NCBI GenBank assembly: GCA_003169735.1
Contig: PNAP01000034.1
Location: 45,648 to 109,647, forward strand
From: Chloroflexota bacterium
GTDB lineage: Bacteria > Chloroflexota > Limnocylindria > Limnocylindrales > CSP1-4
Direction of reading: 5' to 3'
Length of the DNA: 64,000 bases
Shown here: positions 40,647-50,016 of the stretch, piece after piece
Position numbering within the stretch: position 1 is the stretch's first letter
Layout: the number at the start of each line of letters is the position of its first letter
Program-made: the position numbers and the translations under genes
Notes under the pieces: generated by a model
The model's input: only the letters and a program-made list of their open reading frames with translations
Database searches by the model: none
Told to the model about the DNA's origin: nothing

Positions 40647-41631
40647 CGGACTTCAACGCCTGTTCCAGACCGGTCAGCTGCGCCAGTTGCCAGGCGGCGT
40701 AGGTGTCGAAGCCGGCGGGGATCGTCTCGGCAACGCCCACGATCGGGATGCCGTTGAGCGCCGCGAGGTCGTGGATGCTGACCGTGGTCGGCGAGGTCAC
40801 CTGGCTGTTATAGAGGAGGACCTTGACCAGCTTTCCTGTGAAGAGGTCACGCTCGGTGGCGACATCGGCCGGCGGCGGGTCCGTGCCTTCCTCGACGGCC
40901 TTCATGAAGCCGACCGGCGACTTGACCACCAGGCCGATCTTGTCGGTCAGGTAACCCGCCACGTCCTCGGTGAACGCGATCGGTGTGCCCGCGTACGCCG
41001 CCTTCAACGCCGCGACCTTGGCGGCGATCGGTGCGAGGCTCGCCAGGTAGGTCTGCTCACGGCTCGCGAAGTATGCCGCGTCCTGAGGGTCGAGCTGGGA
41101 CAGCGCCGACGTCGCCGCGTCGGCCACTCTGGGCATCGTCGCCGGGTCGTACCAGACGTGCGGGTTCACGTCGTCGGCCAGACCGAGCAGATCCTGGACA
41201 TCGATGACGACGCGATCGGGTTGGTTGGAGCCGAGCAGCAGTTGCTGCATGAAGTCGTCGTAGCCGACCCCGCTGACGATGACCACACGAGCGTCAGCGA
41301 CCAGCTCCGCGTCCTGCGGGCTGCTCTCGAACTCGTGCGGGTCGGCGTTGGGATCGTTCAGGAGGCTCGTCGCGGAGACGCGCGAACCGCCGATCTCGGC
41401 GAGCAGGTCAGCATAGAAGTTCTCCGTGCCGACGACCGGGATGGTTGGCCCTGTACCGCTCGGTCCAGCCGAGCCACTGGGCGAAGGAGCCACGTTGGTG
41501 GGGGTCGGGCTGGCTGGGGAGCTGCCGCACGCGGCCAGACAGATCGTGACCGCGAGCGAGGTCGAGACCATCCGCCCGAGGCGGACGTCCGGTCTGAGAT
41601 TCAGTCTCGATAGCGGATACACAGAGATCAC
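40639..41631 (-). CDS. znuA: Metal ABC transporter substrate-binding lipoprotein (ZnuA/TroA family)
   Basis: Lipobox LAACGS, a P/S linker, then a cluster-9 SBP fold. Confidence 0.8.
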   Translation of the reverse strand: MISVYPLSRLNLRPDVRLGRMVSTSLAVTICLAACGSSPASPTPTNVAPSPSGSAGPSGTGPTIPVVGTENFYADLLAEIGGSRVSATSLLNDPNADPHEFESSPQDAELVADARVVIVSGVGYDDFMQQLLLGSNQPDRVVIDVQDLLGLADDVNPHVWYDPATMPRVADAATSALSQLDPQDAAYFASREQTYLASLAPIAAKVAALKAAYAGTPIAFTEDVAGYLTDKIGLVVKSPVGFMKAVEEGTDPPPADVATERDLFTGKLVKVLLYNSQVTSPTTVSIHDLAALNGIPIVGVAETIPAGFDTYAAWQLAQLTGLEQALKSGG

Positions 41632-41658
41632 CTCCTGGGTGGTGTGGCCAGCTGGCCG

Positions 41659-42138
41659 CTAGTGCGGGTCGGCGGTCGCCGACGGCCGGCGACGACGTTC
41701 GTTCGAAATGGGCTGAGAAGCACGGCAGTCCGGGCAGAGCCCGAACAGCTCGATGCGGTGCGAGTCGACGAGATAGCCGGTGCGGTCCTCGATGGCCTTC
41801 GAGACGCCCTCGATGCCGCAGTCGTCGACCTCGGTCGCGCGGCCGCAGCGCTGGCAGACGATGTGGTGGTGATGGGCGGGTTCGCAGACGACGTAGGCGT
41901 GCCCGCCGGCCGGCAGATCAAGCCGCTCGACAAGGCCGAGCTCCTCGAACAGCTCCAGGGCGCGGAAGACGGTCGCGCGCCCGACGCCGAGATGCCGCTG
42001 CTTCGCTTCTCCGACCAGCTCCAGTGCTGTGAAATGGCTCTCGCGCTGGGCGACCATCGCGGCGACCACGCGCCGGGGTTCCGTCGCGTAGTAGCCAGCG
42101 TCGTCGAGCGCGGTCATCAGCGGATCAGGGTTGCCCAC
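41659..42138 (-). CDS. zur: Fur-family transcriptional regulator (Zur-like)
   Basis: HHHH and CPDC metal sites. It lies upstream of and on the same strand as znuACB. Confidence 0.75.
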   Translation of the reverse strand: MGNPDPLMTALDDAGYYATEPRRVVAAMVAQRESHFTALELVGEAKQRHLGVGRATVFRALELFEELGLVERLDLPAGGHAYVVCEPAHHHHIVCQRCGRATEVDDCGIEGVSKAIEDRTGYLVDSHRIELFGLCPDCRASQPISNERRRRPSATADPH

Positions 42139-42270
42139 GTCGGAATGATACCAAGTCTCGTATTCGTCGGCGCCCGTTCATCGCCGTTGCCGGTGTGCGG
42201 GAAAGTCCCCTGCGCAGGACAGGGATTCCCCCGATTGACCGAGCCGGTGTCCGTGGCTCATACCATTGGC

Positions 42271-42564
42271 ATGGCTGTCGTGATCGATGCGCGACGAACG
42301 TTCCGCGTCGTCTCGGCGGACCTGCGCCGCGCCGGGCCGACCATCACGCTCGACACGTCCGTGGATCCTGACTGGCCGACGCGCCGGAGACTCATCGCAG
42401 TGACCCAGGCATCGGTCAGGGTGATCGACGTGACCGGCCAGCGAAGGGTCGTCCAACTGCTCCGGCTCGTCCGTGAGCGGTCGGGGCGCGCGACCTATGA
42501 ATTCGCGCCCGATGACGACCGATCAGTCACGCTCCCGGACGAGCGCTCGCAAACCAGCGCCTGA
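42271..42564 (+). CDS. Hypothetical small Arg-rich protein
   Basis: 98 codons with high GC3 (~83%), divergent from zur. There are no recognisable motifs. Confidence 0.3.
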   Translation: MAVVIDARRTFRVVSADLRRAGPTITLDTSVDPDWPTRRRLIAVTQASVRVIDVTGQRRVVQLLRLVRERSGRATYEFAPDDDRSVTLPDERSQTSA

Positions 42565-42611
42565 GCCGGCTGCACCAAGCAAGGTCCCTCAGCCCTCAAC
42601 GCTGCCTGGCG

Positions 42612-42645
42612 GAGCGGGCGCCACGCCGCGGCGTGGCGCCCGCTC
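42612..42645. terminator. 34-nt perfect palindrome (17-bp stem), probable bidirectional terminator
   Basis: GAGCGGGCGCCACGCCGCGGCGTGGCGCCCGCTC equals its own reverse complement. It sits between convergent genes. Confidence 0.5.
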
Positions 42646-43056
42646 GTCGGGGTGTGGCGGCACCGTGCAGCGGCACGGCGATCCTGTCGCATGCGAATCC
42701 GGGGAGCGTTAGGCAGGACCACGGCGCCCGGGACGCTCCCCGGTCCTTGGTCTCTCCCTGTTCCACGCTCAGCGACGGCTCTGCCGGCCTATCGAGCAGC
42801 GTTGCCAGCCTAGTACGAGCCGGAATGAGGCCAAGAACGTCCCGGGGTTTGCATTTGACGATAACTGGACCCGCAGCGGGCCAAGCTCGATCCGCGCCGC
42901 CCTTAGCGCTCGGCACGGCCGCACGCAGCGCTGTGCTCCCGGCAGCGCCACGCATCTTTATTGAGCGCGACACGTTGCCTTGCTGGGAACGACATTGATC
43001 AGCGCCCGGATGAGTGCCGGCGCCACGGGGCGCCAGCCGCTCTCTCCCAACGACGC

Positions 43057-43968
43057 CTAGACGCCGATGGGGTGCCAGACGGTCTTGGTCTCGAGGAAGG
43101 CGGCGATCCACTCTGGGCGCTGGGCGCGGGCATCGTCCAGCCAGTCGAAGCGCTCGACATCGCCGCGCGGCGGCCGGGCGACGCGCTTGATGTTCTCGAC
43201 GGCCGATTCCTCGAGCGCCTGGCGCATCTCGAACGGGACGCCCCACGCATCGATGGCGTTGACGTCCATGTGGCCGGCCAGGATGGGCACGAGTTCGCGG
43301 CGCCAGCCGGTGAGGATGTTGATGACGCCGGGCGGGACATCGCTCGTGGCGAGCACCTCGGAAAGCGTCACCGCCGGCAGCGGCCGCCCCTCGGACGCGA
43401 GCACGACCACGGCGTTCCCCCCGACCACCGCCGGCGCCAGCCGCGACACCAGCCCCAACAGCGACGAGCTCTCCGGCGCGACGACGCCGACCACGCCGGT
43501 CGCCTCGGGGAAGCTGAAGTCGAAATATGAAGCTCCGACCGGATTGACCGTGCCGAGGAGCTGGGTGATCTTGTCGGCCCAGCCGGCGTACCAGACCCAG
43601 CGGTCGATGGACCGGTCGACCTGCTCGCGGGCGGCCTCGATCGACAGGCCCTCGGCGGCGGCGACCTCGGCCTCGGACTGCTCGCGGCGGCCCTCCATCA
43701 GTTCCGCCACGCGATAGAGCACCTGGCCCCGGTTCATGGCCGTCTTCGCGTCCCAACCCGGGAACGCGCCGCGCGCCGTCCGGACCGCATCGCGCAGGTC
43801 CTTGCGCGACCCGCGCACTGCGTTAGCGAGTGGCGTGCCATCGGCCGCACGGACCACGTACGAGCGACCCGATTCGGAGCGCGGGAACTGCCCGCCCACA
43901 TACAGCTTGTACGTCTTGCGGACGGGGATGCGGGCAGGAGCTACTCCGGACGGATCTCGCGCGGCCAT
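43057..43968 (-). CDS. Aldehyde dehydrogenase-like protein, truncated paralog lacking the catalytic domain
   Basis: N-terminal KTYKLYVGGQF and the NAD-binding half of ALDH, but only 303 aa with no catalytic Cys region. Its start overlaps the stop of the full ALDH (TGATG). Confidence 0.6.
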   Translation of the reverse strand: MAARDPSGVAPARIPVRKTYKLYVGGQFPRSESGRSYVVRAADGTPLANAVRGSRKDLRDAVRTARGAFPGWDAKTAMNRGQVLYRVAELMEGRREQSEAEVAAAEGLSIEAAREQVDRSIDRWVWYAGWADKITQLLGTVNPVGASYFDFSFPEATGVVGVVAPESSSLLGLVSRLAPAVVGGNAVVVLASEGRPLPAVTLSEVLATSDVPPGVINILTGWRRELVPILAGHMDVNAIDAWGVPFEMRQALEESAVENIKRVARPPRGDVERFDWLDDARAQRPEWIAAFLETKTVWHPIGV

Positions 43969-45521
43969 CAGTGCCCCTCCCCCGTGTCGAGGTACGCCAG
44001 CAAACCCGGCACGCCGCCCTCACGACCATAGCCGGATTCCTTGTAGCCGCCGAAGGGGCTCGTCGGGTCGAATCGATTGAAGGTATTGGCCCACACGACG
44101 CCGGCGCGGAGGCGCTTGGTCATGGCCAGGATCCGACTCCCCTTCTCGGTCCAGACGCCGGCCGAGAGCCCGTAGGCGGTGTTGTTCGCCTTCTCGATCG
44201 CCTCATCGGGCGTTCGGAACGTCAGCACCGAGAGTACCGGCCCGAAGATCTCCTCCTGCGCGATGCGGCTCGATTGGGCGACGTTCGTGAACAGCGTCGG
44301 GCGGACGAAGAAGCCGCGCGCGGGCAGCTCACATGCCGGCTGGTAGATGTCGGCACCTTCGGCGATGCCGGCTTCCACCAGCTCCTCGATCTTGGCCAGT
44401 TGCGCGGCGTTGTTGATCGCCCCGACGTCGGTGTTCTTGTCCATCGGGTCGCCGACACGGAGGGTGGAAAGGCGATCCTTGAGGCGCCCGATGAACTCGT
44501 CCGCGATCGATTCCTGGACGAACAGCCGGCTACCGGCGCAGCAGACCTCGCCCTGGTTGAAGAAGATGCCGTTGACGACGCCCTCGATGGCCTGGTCGAG
44601 CGCTGCGTCGTCAAAGACGATGTTGGCGGCCTTGCCGCCGAGTTCGAGCGTCAACGCCTTGTCACTGCCGGCCAGCGCCCGGCCGATGGTCTTGCCGACC
44701 ACGGTCGAGCCCGTGAAGGCGACTTTGTCGATGTCGGGATGGCTGACGAGCGCGAGCCCGATCTCGCCGGGCCCGGTGATGATGTTGACGACGCCGGCGG
44801 GCAGGTCCGCCTGGCGGCACACGTCGGCGAAGAGGAGCGCGGTCAGCGGGGTCGATGAGGCCGGCTTGAGGATGATCGTATTGCCCGCGGCGAGCGCCGG
44901 GGCGATCTTCCACGCCAGAATCAGCAGCGGGAAGTTCCACGGGATGACCTGCGCCGCCACGCCGAGCGGCTTCGGGTTCGGGCGGCCCGGGAACGCGTAT
45001 TCGAGCTTGTCCGCCCAGCCGGCGTAGTACCAGAAGTGCGCCGCGGCGAGCGGCACGTCCACGTCGCGCGACTCCTTGATGGGCTTGCCGCCATTGAGCG
45101 TCTCGAGAACGGCGAACTCACGGCTGCGTTCCTGGAGGATCCGTGCGATGCGGAAGAGGTACTTCGCGCGTTCGCGGCCCGGGAGTTCGCCCCACGAGCG
45201 GCGGAAGGCGCGGCGCGCGGCGGTCACGGCGCTCTCCACGTCCTCGAGGCCGGCTCGCGCGATCTCGGCAAGCGGCTCTTCGGTGGACGGATCGATGGTC
45301 GTGAACCACTGCTCGCTCTTCGGCGCCACTTCCTTGCCACCGATGAACAGGCCGTAGCGCGCCTGGAGCTGGACGATGTCGCGCGACTCTGGTGCCGGCG
45401 CGTACTCCCAGGGGATCGCCTGACCGTCGCCGAGCCCCCACGACGAGGGGCTGTCCGTGCCTCGCCCGACCGTGTCGGATCCGCCGCGGCGGGTGACCGC
45501 CTGATCCTTTCTGGTCGTCAT
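43968..45521 (-). CDS. Aldehyde dehydrogenase (NAD(P)+)
   Basis: ELGGKA, catalytic FFNQGEVCCAGSR, and EEIFGPV motifs. Confidence 0.85.
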   Translation of the reverse strand: MTTRKDQAVTRRGGSDTVGRGTDSPSSWGLGDGQAIPWEYAPAPESRDIVQLQARYGLFIGGKEVAPKSEQWFTTIDPSTEEPLAEIARAGLEDVESAVTAARRAFRRSWGELPGRERAKYLFRIARILQERSREFAVLETLNGGKPIKESRDVDVPLAAAHFWYYAGWADKLEYAFPGRPNPKPLGVAAQVIPWNFPLLILAWKIAPALAAGNTIILKPASSTPLTALLFADVCRQADLPAGVVNIITGPGEIGLALVSHPDIDKVAFTGSTVVGKTIGRALAGSDKALTLELGGKAANIVFDDAALDQAIEGVVNGIFFNQGEVCCAGSRLFVQESIADEFIGRLKDRLSTLRVGDPMDKNTDVGAINNAAQLAKIEELVEAGIAEGADIYQPACELPARGFFVRPTLFTNVAQSSRIAQEEIFGPVLSVLTFRTPDEAIEKANNTAYGLSAGVWTEKGSRILAMTKRLRAGVVWANTFNRFDPTSPFGGYKESGYGREGGVPGLLAYLDTGEGH

Positions 45522-45617
45522 GGCAGCAGCCTACACCGTCCTGTGCCACCGCGAGGTGACCTTGTGGTCACTCATGAGTTCCGAACCCCGCCGACGGAAC
45601 GGCCAGCGCAGGTTCGA

Positions 45618-46412
45618 ATGGTAGCCATGTGCTGGGCCCAAGCCGGTTCCCTCGAGCATCGGTACGCTGTCGCCATGCAGCGAGTGACGGATCAGCCCGA
45701 GTTCATGGACGGGCCGCTCGACCACGACGTGCTGGCCGGCAATCTGCGCGATCTGGCCCGCGTCAACCGATGGCTCGGTGGCGTGGCGCTCAGCCGGCGG
45801 GCACTCATCGCCCTCGCCACGGGCGCCCATTCCCGCCCCGCCATCGGCCGCGTGGATTGGCGGACGCGCCCCCTCCGTTTCCTCGACGTGGGCACGGGCG
45901 CGGCCGACATCCCGGACGCGCTGCTCACCTGGACCGCCAAGCGCGGCCTCAAGCTCCAGGTCGAGGCGATCGACGAGCGCCACGAGATCCTGGACGTGGC
46001 CTTCGAGCGGGTCGGCGACCCAGATGATCTGCATCTCGAGCACACCGATGGCGTGCGGCTCGGTTATGACGACGGCGCGTTCGACGTCGCCCACATCTCG
46101 CTCGTGCTCCACCACCTCGGGCCGCCCGAGGCGGTGGCGCTGCTGCGCGAGATGGCGCGCGTGGCGAAGGTCGGCGTGATCGTCAACGACCTTGACCGGA
46201 CGCGCCGCGGATGGGCCGGCGCGTGGCTGGCGGGCCACCTGCTGACCGGCAATCGATACACGCGACACGACGCGCCGCTGTCGGTCAAGCGCGCCTATCG
46301 TCCTGACGAGACGCTGGCGATGGCCGCTGAGGCCGGCCTGGTCGAGGTCGCGCGCGCCAACGGCTATCTCGGCCATCGGTACGCGCTCGCATTCGTCGCT
46401 GGATCGATCTAG
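45618..46412 (+). CDS. Class I SAM-dependent methyltransferase
   Basis: LDVGTGAADI motif I and the rest of the Rossmann MT fold. The ORF track extends it to 45036, antisense to the ALDH. Confidence 0.7.
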   Translation: MVAMCWAQAGSLEHRYAVAMQRVTDQPEFMDGPLDHDVLAGNLRDLARVNRWLGGVALSRRALIALATGAHSRPAIGRVDWRTRPLRFLDVGTGAADIPDALLTWTAKRGLKLQVEAIDERHEILDVAFERVGDPDDLHLEHTDGVRLGYDDGAFDVAHISLVLHHLGPPEAVALLREMARVAKVGVIVNDLDRTRRGWAGAWLAGHLLTGNRYTRHDAPLSVKRAYRPDETLAMAAEAGLVEVARANGYLGHRYALAFVAGSI

Positions 46413-46413
46413 C

Positions 46414-47631
46414 GTGGAGGCCGAGGTGGCCATCGTCGGTGGCGGGCCGGCCGGCGCCGCGCTGGCCATCAGGCTCGCCGCGCAGGGTACCGACGTGGCC
46501 ATTTTCGAGCGACTCTCAGCACCGCGCTGGCGGGCGTGCGGCGTCTTCAGCTCCCCGCTGACACGGCGACACCTCGCCGACCTCGGCCTCGCGCCCGAAC
46601 GTCTTGCCGCTCTCATCCGGCCGATCCGGGCGATGGCGGTCGAAAGCACGCGTGGTCCCGCCTGCACGTTCGACTATGGCCCGCCCGAACACGCCTGCGG
46701 CCTCGACCGTGTGCGACTGGAGCGCGCGCTGCTGGATCGGGCGGTCGAGTTCGGCGCACGGGTGTACGAGGGCGCGCCGGTACTCGCTCTGGCGCTGGCC
46801 GATGCTGCTGGCGGCCGATCCGGCGCGTCCGAGCTGACCGTCTCGGTCGAGGGAATGGCAGAGATCGTCCGAACGCGGCTGGTCGTCGGCGCCGACGGCC
46901 CCGGCTCGATGGTCGCCCGCGCCCACGGGGTCGACCGCCCGATCCGTCGGCTGCGCCGAGCTGGCCTGACCGCGCACAGGCTCGACCCTCAGGCGTCCCC
47001 GGAGGGCACGGCGATGACCGCGCGCATGGTCATCGGCGACGGCTGGTACTGCGGCATCGCTCCTGTTCCGGGCGGACGCGTCAATATCGGGCTGGTGATC
47101 GGTGAGCGCGGACTACGGGAGAGCACCCGAAGCGGCGCCACGCCCGCCGACATCTTGCGCGCCCATCTCGAGAAGATGCCGGGCCTCCGCGCCGCGTGGC
47201 AGGACCAACCGGAAAGCGACCCGGTCGCCGTCGCACTCCCACTCGCCCATCGCGTCAGCCAACGCGCCGGGCCAGGGTTCTTGCTCGTCGGCGACGCGTG
47301 CGGGTTCGTGGATCCGCTGAGCGGGGATGGGCTGCACCGCGCCCTTGCGTCGGCGGAACTCGCCGCGGACGCGATCCTGGCCGATCGCGGCGGCCGACTC
47401 GACGCCCTTCCCCACTACGACCGACGGATGCGGTCGCGGTTCGCGCCGAAGGACCTCATCTCGTGGATCCTCCAGGTCTTCCTCGCGCGACCCGCGGCGA
47501 TGGACTACGTCCTGCGCCGCCTCGCGTCGCGGAACGCCATCCGAACCACGCTCGGGAACGTCCTTGCCGACCTGGAAGACCCACGCCACGCCCTGGATCC
47601 GCGGTTCATCGCCGGGCTTCTCGCACCGTGA
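46414..47631 (+). CDS. FAD-dependent oxidoreductase, geranylgeranyl reductase family
   Basis: VAIVGGGPAGAALA, GADGPGS and GDACGFVDPLSGDG motifs. Confidence 0.75.
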   Translation: MEAEVAIVGGGPAGAALAIRLAAQGTDVAIFERLSAPRWRACGVFSSPLTRRHLADLGLAPERLAALIRPIRAMAVESTRGPACTFDYGPPEHACGLDRVRLERALLDRAVEFGARVYEGAPVLALALADAAGGRSGASELTVSVEGMAEIVRTRLVVGADGPGSMVARAHGVDRPIRRLRRAGLTAHRLDPQASPEGTAMTARMVIGDGWYCGIAPVPGGRVNIGLVIGERGLRESTRSGATPADILRAHLEKMPGLRAAWQDQPESDPVAVALPLAHRVSQRAGPGFLLVGDACGFVDPLSGDGLHRALASAELAADAILADRGGRLDALPHYDRRMRSRFAPKDLISWILQVFLARPAAMDYVLRRLASRNAIRTTLGNVLADLEDPRHALDPRFIAGLLAP

Positions 47632-48096
47632 GCCGGCCGTGACCGCCTCAGAGCCGCGCGGCACGACGCGCATCGCCGCTATGCCCTCTGTCGCGATGAG
47701 GAGGATCGCGTCCTCCTGTGCCGGCTCTCGAAGACGGAGATCCTCGACGCCGGCGCGTGGACGCTCCCGGGTGGGGGCATCGAGTTCGGCGAGGACCCGG
47801 CGCACGCCGTCATCCGCGAGCTCGAGGAGGAGGCGGGGCTTATCGGGCGGGTCGAACGGCTGCGCGCCATCGACAGCCAGGTCTATCCGCCCCGGCCCGG
47901 TCGAGCCGGCGACCTTCATGCCCTGCGCATCATCTACGACGTGACCATCACCGGCGGCGTCCTGCGCGATGAGGTCGACGGCTCCACTGACCAATGCGCC
48001 TGGTTCTCGCCCGATGACATCGTGGACGTCAGGCTGGTCGACCTTGCCGACCTGGGACTGCGACTGGCGTGGGAAGCCACGGCCGAGGTTGGCTGA
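47632..48096 (+). CDS. Nudix hydrolase domain ORF lacking a canonical start codon, in frame after TGA with the upstream reductase
   Basis: Nudix box GGGIEFGEDPAHAVIRELEEEAGL. The reading frame is open from the reductase TGA (47629-31) to TGA 48094-96, with high GC3. No in-frame ATG, GTG or TTG occurs in the first ~110 codons. Confidence 0.5.
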   Translation, partial: AGRDRLRAARHDAHRRYALCRDEEDRVLLCRLSKTEILDAGAWTLPGGGIEFGEDPAHAVIRELEEEAGLIGRVERLRAIDSQVYPPRPGRAGDLHALRIIYDVTITGGVLRDEVDGSTDQCAWFSPDDIVDVRLVDLADLGLRLAWEATAEVG

Positions 48097-48100
48097 TCGC

Positions 48101-48601
48101 GTGCACAGCACGGTGGGGATCGCGGTCGATGCGACGCCGGAGCGCGTCTTCGATCTGGCTCGGGACGTCTCGAGGTGGCCGGAGATGCTCCCCCACTACC
48201 GGCGCGTGACCGTCCGGTCGTCGTCGGGCGGGCACGTGGTCGCACAGATGGTCGCGGTGCGACGGTTCGGGCCCGTGCCGGTCCCCGTCACGTGGCGCGC
48301 GGAGCAGTGGTCGGACGCGTCCGACCCGGCCGACCTCCGGTTGCGTTTCCGTCACATCCGCGGCGTGACGCGCGGCATGGACGTGACGTGGCACATCCGG
48401 GCGGCCGGGGTCGGGCACGAGGGCAGCTCCGACGTGACCATCGAGCACGAGTTCAGTCGACGACTGCCGCTGCTCGGCGATCGACTGCTGCCGGCCGTCG
48501 TCGATCGGTTCTTCACGCGGCCGATCGCGGGCCGCACGCTGGCGACATTCAAGGCGCTGGCTGAGTCCGCCGAGCGGTCGGCGGCGAATCAACCGTTATG
48601 A
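48101..48601 (+). CDS. SRPBCC (START/Bet v1/polyketide cyclase-dehydrase-like) family protein
   Basis: GTG start 4 bp after the Nudix stop, then a Bet v1-like fold. Its stop overlaps the KAS start (ATGA). Confidence 0.7.
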   Translation: MHSTVGIAVDATPERVFDLARDVSRWPEMLPHYRRVTVRSSSGGHVVAQMVAVRRFGPVPVPVTWRAEQWSDASDPADLRLRFRHIRGVTRGMDVTWHIRAAGVGHEGSSDVTIEHEFSRRLPLLGDRLLPAVVDRFFTRPIAGRTLATFKALAESAERSAANQPL

Positions 48602-49953
48602 GGGACATACCGCGTCGCGTCTGGATCACCGGGCTCGGGCTGATCACGCCCGTCGGTATCGGGCTGGAACCATTCTGGGCCGGGCTCCAGGCTGGTCGGT
48701 CGCCCGTCAAGCGCATCGACCGCTTCGACCCCACCCACTTCCGCTCGCAGGTCGCCGCCCAGGTTGACGATTTCGACCCGCTCGACCACATGGACGCCCG
48801 GACGGCCCGCCAACTCGACCGATTCAGCCAGTTCGCCCTCGTCGCCGGTCAGCTGGCGATGGCGGATGCAGGTCTCGCGAGCTTGTTGCGCTCGCCGGCT
48901 AGCCGCGCCGAACGAGCGCGGGCGCTTGGGCTCGCTAGCCGCGCTCGCCCATCGGCGGGTGTGCCGCGTGCCGATCGAGTCGGCGTGTATGTCGGCTCGG
49001 CGCTCGGCGGCATCGCCTACGCGGAGACCCAGCACGAACGCTACCTGGAGCGTGGCATCAAGGCCGTGGCCCCGAACCTGGCGCTGGCCGTCTTCGGCGG
49101 CGCGGCGCCGGCCAACCTCGGCATCGCCCTCGGCCTGCACGGGCCGATCCTGTCGACCGCCAACTCGTGCGCGTCTGGCGCTGTGGCACTTGGCGAGGCA
49201 TTCCACCTCATCCGTGACGGCCGTGCCGATGCCGCGCTGGCGGGCGGCGTCGAGGTGCCGCTCAGCCCGCTCGCATTCGGGGCGTTCGACATCATCCGCG
49301 CGCTCAGCGCGGGCCACAATGACCGGCCGTCGGAGGCTGAGCGGCCCTTCGACGCCGAGCGTGATGGCTTCGTGATGGGCGAGGGCGCCGCGCTGCTCGT
49401 GCTGGAGGAGGCCGGCGCTGCGGCGCGACGCGGCGCCACTCCCTACGCCGAGATCCGCGGCTACGCGGCGACCAGCGACGCGTTCCACATGGTCCAGCCA
49501 CGACCCGATGGCAAGCAGGCCGCGCGTGCCGCGCGTCTATCCCTGGCCGATGGCCGCGTCCGCGCCGCCGAGGTGGACCTGGTCAGTGCGCACGCCTCCT
49601 CCACGCCACTCGGCGATATCGCGGAGGCGCGGGCCATCCGCCTCGCCCTCGGCAAACGCGGCGCGGAGATCCCGGTCGTCGGCACCAAGGCGTATTACGG
49701 CCACCCGCTCGGCGCTTCGGGTGCCATCGAGGCGGCCATCTGTGCGCTGGCCATCCGCCGCGGCTGGGCGCCCGGGACGGTCAACCTCGATCACCTCGAC
49801 CCCGCCGTCGCCGAACTCCTGCCCGGGGTCACCGGCCAACCGGTCGTCGGACCGTTCCGCTCGATCCTGTCGACCTCGTTCGGGTTCGGCGGTCTCAACG
49901 CTTCGCTCGTCTTCAGCACCGTTCGACAGGCGCCGTTGGGCGAGCGCGGCTAG
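48598..49953 (+). CDS. Beta-ketoacyl-[ACP] synthase (KAS I/II, FabF-like) with low-complexity insert
   Basis: VWITGLGLITPVG, active-site Cys in STANSCASG, and His motifs AHASSTPLGD and GHPLGASG. Confidence 0.85.
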   Translation: MRDIPRRVWITGLGLITPVGIGLEPFWAGLQAGRSPVKRIDRFDPTHFRSQVAAQVDDFDPLDHMDARTARQLDRFSQFALVAGQLAMADAGLASLLRSPASRAERARALGLASRARPSAGVPRADRVGVYVGSALGGIAYAETQHERYLERGIKAVAPNLALAVFGGAAPANLGIALGLHGPILSTANSCASGAVALGEAFHLIRDGRADAALAGGVEVPLSPLAFGAFDIIRALSAGHNDRPSEAERPFDAERDGFVMGEGAALLVLEEAGAAARRGATPYAEIRGYAATSDAFHMVQPRPDGKQAARAARLSLADGRVRAAEVDLVSAHASSTPLGDIAEARAIRLALGKRGAEIPVVGTKAYYGHPLGASGAIEAAICALAIRRGWAPGTVNLDHLDPAVAELLPGVTGQPVVGPFRSILSTSFGFGGLNASLVFSTVRQAPLGERG

Positions 49954-50016
49954 CTCGCCCAAGCGCCCGCGCTGATCTGGCGCGGCTAGCCAGTCAGCGC
50001 AACAATGAAGTAGACC

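Noticed and set aside
45036-45617. N-terminal extension of the methyltransferase ORF
   Set aside because: It is antisense to the ALDH gene, and methyltransferase homology starts near 45618.
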